The notes below the pieces were generated by a model. That model saw only the letters and a program-made list of their open reading frames with translations. It did not search any database and was not told where the DNA came from. The translations under genes and the position numbers were made by a program. A stretch of 64,000 bases of DNA. Origin: Setoptus koraiensis. Its lineage: Eukaryota > Animalia > Arthropoda. The stretch covers positions 15,190,001 to 15,254,000 of the forward strand of contig CM106585.1 of assembly GCA_048013815.1 (NCBI GenBank), given 5' to 3'. This document shows, piece after piece, positions 14,286 through 22,247 of this stretch (position 1 is the first letter of the stretch; every line of letters begins with the position of its first letter).

Positions 14286-15665
14286 AGAACAGTGCAACAA
14301 AAACATGCTTGCATAACGTTCAAAGAGGCGCTGCTAGGCAAACAGGCCAACAACGGTCTTGTCAGATTACCACAGTATATCTATGACACGTCTATTTAAT
14401 GTTGCGTTTTGTCAGCGAGCCAACAAGCTATCGTTGATTGTCGTCGTCGTCGTCGTGTAGCTAGTTTACAGTATAGTGTAAGTTTAGTTTGCCGGCATCA
14501 ATTTCAACTATGGTAATAATAATAGCAAATTAATTGCTTTCTAGAAAAATAAGCGAGCACAGTCAGGGCAAGCTCTATTTAGAGAATACAATACAGCAAA
14601 CTGGATACTGTTTTGTGTATGTTAATGAGAAACACATTGAACTTTACACCCGATAAACAAACTCTTTCTTTTGTTGTCTTTTTTCACCACCAGCCAAATT
14701 AAGCGCAAACTTTTAGTAGTGGCAGCAGCCCTAATTTAGTCCTGGTGCTAATGTTGCCGACATTAGATATACAAACTGATAGCGAGTTAAATTATTGCGT
14801 ACATTCGATGACATTTATTTGGTTTATACCAGACATCGACAATACATATTGTCGTATTGAATATATGCTGAATATATATTCAATACAATTCAATACATAG
14901 ACAGTTACACGATGCCATATGGTCTCTTATGGTCTCCATAGTCGCTAGCTTGATGCAATTGTCAACGGTGACTATTTGATCGGTTTATTACCTTTAGCAA
15001 TCACTTTATAAACTATTTACAAACAACAACAATACACCTTGTCTTCTGTTGTTGTTTGTCACCTTCAATACAGCCACCGATGATAGTAACATCTTAACTG
15101 TTGTCTATTTATACATTACAGTATGTCTACGTGTCTCCACCGATAGCAAATAAGCGACTCATTCCCTTCAGCAAATTTTGGCAACGGCCACATGTAAACA
15201 AACAAGCAAAGACATTCCTTTTTGGATAAAATAATCATGACGGGCGTATAGTAATAATCAAGACAAGTTGACATTATTTTTATGCGGCTATTTATTGGAA
15301 GGGTTACGGAGAGGCGCGCAGTGTCAGCGCGCAACAGGATAAAATACTCTCGAGTTTAATACAAAAGACATGTTCAATACATCTCGATACATGTAGTCTT
15401 GTTTATATCTCCTCCAATTATGATAATTTGCGTCAATATGCGGCGATGAGACACTTGGCAAACTCTCTCAATGTTTGATGCGTTATCTTGATCGTCGTCA
15501 CATGCGTGAGGGGCGCGAGTATAAAGCTACAAAACAAAACGGTACAAATTACCATAGACTATCATTTGTTTTTCGCCTCTTTATTTACTCTGCCATTTGA
15601 CACACACAAACACACGACATTACATGCAATTTGATTTTGTAAACAAACAAAGAGCTAAGAGTGTA

Positions 15666-16410
15666 TCAGCTATTGAGTGTCTTCCAAAAATTTGGATCAG
15701 TCTGTAGTCTACGAGAATAATTGAGGTACCAATTTTGTATGGTAGACAATGGCACAAAGGTTACATTTGTGGACGAATTTGATGCGGCAAGCTCATGCAG
15801 ATTTGCAGCGAATGAAGAACAATAATTGTGAAGATTGGTGGCTGTCTTATTCATAAAATCCATGAACAAATTCATATTTGAGGCAATTGTTTCTGTTGCT
15901 GGCGTCATTTGTGAAATACTATCTAATGATTCGACGGAAATGCCTATCTGAGCAACGTGACTAACAGGTGCTTGAACATAATCAAAGGTGAAAAGCTTGC
16001 CCGATTGTGTTATCATATCGCCACCGGGGTCTGCGTGTTGCTTCCGCTGACTGGATAGATTTGAAAGTTTGTAGATAGCCGAGGGTTTCTCATTGGTCAG
16101 ATAGCCCAAGTAATACCACATTGGGGGCGCGTTTGGATCGGGTAGGGAAAAGTATATGCTGGCAGCAAGTCCTACATTAAGAGGCTGCATTCCTGTAAGA
16201 AAGATGACCACATGATTGATCGAGTCTGCGTCTGGTATTGTTATTAGAAATTTGTTTACGTCCACAGGTTGAAAATCTGTTTGCACCTAAATATAATAGA
16301 CGTTGGTGACTTGAGATTAGTATAGGCGATAACAAGGGCACGAGGATTAAATTGTCTGGATGATGAATACTCACAGGCCTTCCGGCTATCACTAATCCGA
16401 AGGTAGACAT
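15666..16410 (-). CDS. HIKESHI: Hikeshi / OPI10 (Hsp70 nuclear import carrier), 2 exons: 16410-16375, 16286-15666; 218 aa
   Basis: MSTFGLVIAGRP|VQTDF...INHVVIFLTG...IYFSLPD...LGYLTNEKPSAIYKLS...AQIGISVE...WYLNYSRRLQTDPNFWK matches the Hikeshi family. 88-nt GTGAGT...TTTAG intron, phase 0. Confidence 0.95.
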
Positions 16411-16516
16411 TGTGCTATTTGTTGATATCAACAATCTGATCTCGGAACGTCGGCGAATGTTGTCGAACAGTCACAAATTTTAGACAAGAAATCGGCGCAC
16501 TTTTCGAACAAACGAA

Positions 16517-16543
16517 GGGGAATTTTCCCGATGGGGAAATTCC
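16517..16543. promoter_or_regulatory. Candidate tandem kappaB-like / HSE-like sites (GGGGAATTTTCCC, GGGGAAATTCC) in the divergent Hikeshi/TRNT1-A promoter
   Basis: Motif match only. The first site contains nGAAnnTTCn. Confidence 0.3.
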
Positions 16544-16789
16544 TCAATAAAAACCAGCGCACCAGTAGCAGTAGTGCGCAGGGGAAAAGCACTGATTCGA
16601 CCCTCCGGAATTTCAAATGTCCCGCATTGTGACCATACATGTGGCCGCACATGTGGCGATACAGCATGTGGCCGTTCAGCAACCTTCATTGTTCATCACT
16701 ATAAAATGAGTTGCAATAAATAGCTAGATCCGGATAAATAATTCTCAGTCTAACATTTCTCGCAGACTTCACCACCTCTATTTACCCTC

Positions 16790-16962
16790 TCATGCTGTGA
16801 GAGACAATGTGAGATCAATATTCACCACCACTGGCGAGCGCCATAGCACCAAAGCAGCCTTAATCAATAGGAGGTCCAAGTTCGAAATAACAATACTCGG
16901 ATGCCCTACAGTAACTGACGGTCGTCATGCTGAGGTAGAATTTGTCCAAGTTCGGAAAACAG
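16790..16962 (+). pseudogene. TRNT1: Decayed partial duplicate of the 3' end of TRNT1 exon 1 with intact 5' splice site
   Basis: 16801-16962 is about 83-84% identical to both intact copies (26-27 mismatches in 162 nt). It has no in-frame ATG, and conserved residues are changed (RCD to GCP, HG to HS, W to R). Donor CAG|GTAAGT at 16963 is retained. Confidence 0.85.
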
Positions 16963-17007
16963 GTAAGTTTATGCGCCACATTAGATTCAATTAAAATCCT
17001 ATTACTT

Positions 17008-17125
17008 GCTATCTATGATGAGATACAGATGACGAGACTGAAGCGTCTTCGTTAGGCCAGAGATACTTGATATCCTGCCTAACAGACCATGTGAAGTTAA
17101 ATACGAGGCATTTGACTGAGATAGC
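17008..17125 (+). ncRNA. SNORD15: Box C/D snoRNA, SNORD15/U15-like, copy 1
   Basis: Terminal stem GCTATC/GATAGC, box C ATGATGA (17015-17021), D' CTGA, box D CTGA (17116-17119). Guides AGATGACGAG and ACGAGGCATTTG are antisense to the conserved LSU rRNA sequence CCAAAUGCCUCGUCAUCU. Two differences from copies 2 and 3. Confidence 0.88.
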
Positions 17126-17257
17126 TACAATCAAATCTATTATTCTCTTGATTACAGCCCAAGCATCTATTCTAACCAACTAATTATGTTCTAATATTTG
17201 CCACATCCATCAGACTTAACGTATATTTTAAACGTAAAATATGATCTTTCGTTAGTG

Positions 17258-19023
17258 ATGAGGAAAATGTTTCAGCCAAATCTAGTCGCTTGTATGAAAC
17301 GCGTGGCCAATCATCTTTGGGACAACAATGGAGTCTTGCGCAGGGTCAAGTTTCTAGAACTTCGAGAATTACCCATCAAAGTGAGATCATCGGTAGCTTG
17401 TCTTTCATCCTATAATAATTCAGCATCACCTTTGCCATCTGAGAGGTCAGCGTTATTCAAGAAACTGGTCGACAATGATGAGGTCAACTTTATCAAGGAC
17501 TTGTACCTAGGAGCTGGTTACGAAATTCGTATTGCGGGTGGTGCCGTCAGAGATTTGCTATCCGGCAAGCTCCCCCACGATATAGATTTCGCCTCCACGG
17601 CCACTCCGGATGAATCGAAGGCTCTACTTCATGGTCGAGACAATGTGAGATTAATATTCACCGCGGCTGGCGAGCGCCATGGCACTATAGGAGCTTTGAT
17701 CAACAGAAAGTCCAAGTTCGAAATTACCACACTAAGATGCGATACTGTAACTGACGGCCGTCATGCTGAGGTGGAATTTGTCAAAAATTGGAAAACAGGT
17801 AAGTTTTGACGCGCATAGAACCCCCTTACTTGCTATCGATGATGAGATACAGATGACGAGACTGAAGCGTCTTCGTTAGGCCAGAGATACTTGATATCCT
17901 GCCCAACAGACCATGTGAAGTTAAATACGAGGCATTTGACTGAGATAGCTACAATCAAATCTACTATCCTATTAATGACAACCTTGAGAACTTATCTAAC
18001 TGAATATTTTCAAATTTCTCTCAATTATTCAATACCATCAATCACGCAGATGCTGAGCGACGCGACCTCACATTCAACGCTATGTTCTTAACGCTGGATG
18101 GTGAACTAGTAGACTTTTTTGGTGGTGCAAACGATCTTGCAAGTGGCAGAGTTCGGTTTGTAGGTGACCCCAATAAGAGAATTGAAGAGGACTATCTTAG
18201 AATTCTGAGATTCTTTAGATTCTGGTCTAGATATGGTCGTGGTAGACCAGACGATGAGACTCTACAGGTTTTGCGCGACCACATATCTAGAAAGGGCCTA
18301 GATAACATAAGTGGTGAACGGATCTGGTCAGAGTTGAAGAGGATATTTGAGCACGTGCCTTTTGTCAATGTGGTAGAATTGATGCTTGAACTCAAGTTGT
18401 TCTACAAGCTAGGAGTTCACGACTTAGATACAAGCGCCGGTTGTGAATTGAATCAATTAGATACTGAGAATTACGCTAAATATTGTGCTGTGGTTATGGA
18501 AGACTTGAAGGCAGTGCAATTACGATTGCAAGACTTAGCTCTCAGAAGCATGCCTAATAAGGCTGATTCTCTCTTTGAATCTGTCGTCCCGTTTGCAACA
18601 CTAATCCGATCTCACAAACAACTAGCCAACGCACATGCACGCATGAAATGGTCAAACTTTGACAGAGACTTTATCGCCTACGTTCTGACCCACCGAGACC
18701 GTAGAATGGATCTTCAAGATTACAAAGTACATCTTGCTCTTGAACCAAAATCTAAAAGGGATATCATATTGAAACAAATGTTAGAATATCTGAAGTACTG
18801 TGGGCAGGTTGAGCTTGTTGGTGAGCTCGCGGACTGGCCCATACCAGAATTTCCTGTCGATATTCGGGCTGTCATCGATGCGATACCTACTCCAAAGCGT
18901 AATGTTAATGTTAAGGTTTTACATGCTGATCTGAAGCGTGAGTGGGCCAAGAGTGGGTTTAGCTTGACCCATTCAGATTTGATGAGAATGCTAGAAGAGA
19001 AAATTCAAAATATTAGACGATAA
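17258..19023 (+). CDS. TRNT1: CCA tRNA nucleotidyltransferase copy A (chimeric: mRpS6-derived N-terminus), exons 17258-17798 and 18050-19023; about 504 aa
   Basis: Class II motifs GGAVRD...DIDF, TTLRCD-loop-DGRHAEVEF, DAERRDLTFNAM and EEDYLRILRFFRF. A 251-nt phase-1 intron (GTAAGT...CGCAG) rebuilds KT-D-AERRD. First in-frame ATG is 17258; the ORF-track start at 17198 is TTG. The start assignment is less certain than the gene identity. Confidence 0.92.
17832..17949 (+). ncRNA. SNORD15: Box C/D snoRNA, SNORD15/U15-like, copy 2 (intron of TRNT1-A)
   Basis: Stem GCTATC/GATAGC, box C 17839-17845, box D 17940-17943. By the D+5 rule the targets are the LSU residues equivalent to yeast Gm2288 (D' guide) and Am2281 (D guide). 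Confidence 0.92.
17832..18862 (+). repeat. Left arm of a 1031-bp near-perfect inverted repeat (partner 22409-23439)
   Basis: Same length as the partner. Only 2 mismatches were seen in the parts compared (one intronic, one Ala/Thr codon), and the alternate-frame ORFs in the track are essentially identical. Confidence 0.9.
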
Positions 19024-19051
19024 ACTACTTGTGATATTTTTAATAAAACAA

Positions 19052-20405
19052 TTATGCATTTTGCAGCAAAATTTTCACTCTCTGTTTACAAATATTCAAG
19101 GCTTCATCTACATTTGTCTGCAAAATGTGAACCCCATTGGTGACAAGTATCACCAAGTCCATCATGAGATCTCCAGTTACGTCCAAGGGGGCGATCGAAT
19201 ATATAGGGTAATTTAGTTCATGCACTCGAGACAGAACGTATTGTCTTTGGGGACAGTCATACTTGTATATCAAGAGCTCCTGGCCATAAGTTCCAATCAT
19301 TATTTCATTGTATCCGTCGAAGTCCATGTCACTGATACACGAGGTAGTACAGCAATCAACACGTTGACTTCTTGGCAACTCCCTCGGACAACTCAATCCA
19401 GTCTGAATGATATCTTCAAAGATGAGACTTGCCTCGGTGGAGCTTGTTACAAGTAAGTTGATTGGTTCACAACCATCGAGCGAATCTATTTTATCTTTGA
19501 TGTCAGAAAACTTGGAAGCAGAGCCTTGTTGAGATCTGAATTTTGTTGTCATCAATCGTACTGATGGCACAATTGTTGTGTATTCATCATATATCCACTT
19601 CTGCAATAATTCATATTTGGAATTTTCCTTATCCAGTCTCGTGTAACTTAGGATAACTGTACCGCTCTCCAAACTGACCACAGTTAGTCTAACAAATTCG
19701 TCATCTTTTCTAAAAGATTTACTGTCTATCCATAAGGCGATGCTAGTGAGACCCCCAAATTCAGGAAAGTTGTCGTTTATCGATGTCTCTACAAAGCATT
19801 GATTTGATTTGTCCTCTTGAAACAAATGTATGCACCTGTCACCGCCACTAAGTAACCACACTGTGTCAAGCTCAATATCTGATCCTTCTGCTCGTGATAA
19901 AATCAATTCAGTGTGATATAGGTGATAGGGGACATAACTTATAGATATTGTCTGACAACCCTGGGCTATGTAATCGAGATCAAATTCGCTTGATAACGAA
20001 CCGCTCGCGTAAATATTGAAGTAGAATGTCTGATTCTTCTCACTTGAATCAATGTTGCTTGGTAAGTTATTTGCTGATGTGAGCGAGTGGGTGATTCCTA
20101 TGACAAAATCGTTGCGTCGATTCAATCTTTTAAACGCATCTATCGAAACGATTTTCGCTCCGCCTGAGAAATGATCCAGAAATGAGCCGTTAGATGAGAT
20201 ATCGAAGTGGCAAAGTTTAGACATAATTAATGTATTTGAATCACTTACTAGGAATATAGGTGAATTCAATCTCTCTGGCTTGGGCTCGGAATTTATTATA
20301 ATCAATACAAAATACTTGGCAATCGTGAGTAGCTACTAAGACTTTGCTATTTCCTTCATCAAAATCAAGAGATGTCATTCCATAAATGTTACTTTCGATA
20401 GTCAT
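19052..20405 (-). CDS. KPTN: Kaptin (KICSTOR subunit), exons 20405-20249 and 20163-19052; about 422 aa
   Basis: MTIESNIYG...REIEFTYIP|SGAKIVSIDAF...FNIY...DLDYIAQGC...LLSGGDRCIHLF...DMDFDGYNEIMIGTYGQELLIYKY...DVTGDLMMDLVIL matches KPTN. 85-nt GTAAGT...CTCAG phase-1 intron. The ORF-track start (TTG, 20305) is a frame artefact. Confidence 0.92.
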
Positions 20406-20546
20406 TGGAAAGAAGTTAAGATCACTGAATCTATTGAATAGGTTTCACATTAAATAAGAACAGAATAGGTAGAATGGCTACATTAGTTTACATCCGAGTT
20501 GCCTATTGAAGCTTGTTGGATAATTGAAGAATTAAAAACAGAAACA

Positions 20547-21570
20547 CTATTCTGGATCGGGTTGCTGATACATCTTCTTAGCCGGGATGGTTAATAGGTT
20601 TTTAGTTCTTGGGCCTTTTAGGAAGACACCGGTTAGTCTGTCACCGTAGACACAACCTATAAGAGGAAAGGATTAGATAAGGAAATCGTCTCAGAATAAA
20701 ATAATCTTGATATCTTGTTATGTGTTATAGTTTTTATGCATTCTATGCTATTGAATTCTTACCAGTATCGATACCCATGGCGAACTCGTATTCCTGGAAT
20801 CTTCGCTTTGCGTCATGACCGTAGTATACGAAGTAAGGCCCCTTCCAGAATCTGGACCAAGGTCCCTGGCCTATTCTAGGATCGGCTGTAGGTTTATAAC
20901 AGATCTCTTTGGTACTTTCATTTTCAATTATCTCGAGATTTCTTAACCTGATCATCTGATCTAGCGGAGTTACTTTTAGATAGTCTGCAACGGGCACAAA
21001 ACCAGCATGAACTACGATACTTTTCAAGGAAGGCATAGTTATGGTAAACGGTAGATTTCTAAGAAAATCAACATCGCTATCATCTAAGTTGGCAATCCAT
21101 TCATTGCCTTTCCTTGTCTCTTTTCCTTCTTTCATCTTGTCGTACTCGCGAACGACGGTATCATCGTGGTTACCCTTGACAGCTATAGTAGACAGGCTCC
21201 ATTTATCTCTCACCGAGCGAATCACTTCTCTACTGAGAGGTCCTTTATTCACAAGATCTCCAACGAGTAACTTAAGTAGCTTGTTGGGATCTCTGCTGTT
21301 TGATGTAGTGTGTGCTTTGTTCACAAGCTCTTCATACTCCTCGCAACAGCCATGAATATCGCCGATGACAAGAACTTCATCAAAATTATCTAAATATTCT
21401 TCATCTAGATTGACGTGATGGTCTCTAAAAGTTTCAATCCTTGATCTCTTTTCTGTGGTTTCAGTTTGTTTATCTCTCAAGCATTGAGACAGACCTTCTA
21501 CTAACCTCTTGCTAGCTGACTGAGCCATGGTTCCGATGGGCTGAGTTATCTTCGTTAGGCAGATTCTCAT
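20547..21570 (-). CDS. ApaH-like metallophosphoesterase (symmetrical bis(5'-nucleosyl)-tetraphosphatase / ALPH family), exons 21570-20763 and 20656-20547; 305 aa
   Basis: Motifs GDIHGC, GDLVNKGP, KGNHD, VHAG and YGH. GIDTG|CVYG is rebuilt across a 106-nt GTAAGA...TATAG intron. Confidence 0.88.
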
Positions 21571-22247
21571 TAAATCAAGTGGAAGTTCCAGACGATTCTC
21601 ACTTTTTATTAGTGGTAGGTGTTACTTCTGTCGACCGATATCAACCCCAATGAAATACTGGGAGTGTAATTAGAGTTAGAATATTTGGCATCAGGTAAGA
21701 GAAATATTAATCGATGATTGAGGTTTATTATCTATTCGTCTTTAGGGAGGTCAAGCCGACGAATCTCCGTATTATATACCATCCCGTGCAGATAGAAATA
21801 TGTTTTCGTATAGAATATGTCCTGACCTTTTTTGAATGTCAATCCTTCACCATTAGATAGAAAATTTGAATATCTTTTGCTTGTCGCCAACGCAGATAAT
21901 TCGTAGGTTTTAATCTCGACCATCATGTTGCGATCAGTAGTGGGGAAGATTATGAATGTGACGCTGACTTTTCGCGCACCGTCCGCAGCATGTAAACAAA
22001 TATTTTTGCAGTGTCACGCCGTACACTCAGAATTCTATCAAGTAACGCCAATAGGCGCTTCTGGCTTCCCTAAGGCTTCTGGGATCATTAAACACGTCTT
22101 TTCAGTTTTTTCAATAAAGGCCACATAATAAGATTCATCGATCAGGAACACATAGCAGAAAATGCAAATACTACAAGTATTTAATGATTCAACAAATTTG
22201 GACAAACTGTGCTTAAAAAGATTGCATCTAAACTTTAATAGAAATTA

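Noticed and set aside
4040-14386. Dozens of ORFs in the track (poly-Q/C/V/L/T, RRARP repeats)
   Set aside because: They overlap in several frames on both strands, derive from microsatellites, often start at TTG/GTG and have no recognisable domains.
14837-14885. Two adjacent AT-rich hairpins (possible H/ACA RNA or miRNA)
   Set aside because: The hairpins are too short and lack H-box/ACA spacing or a pre-miRNA-length stem.
16440-16630. Structured GC-rich stretch resembling an snRNA gene
   Set aside because: No U1 5' ATACTTACCTG or Sm-site context was found; better explained as promoter sequence.
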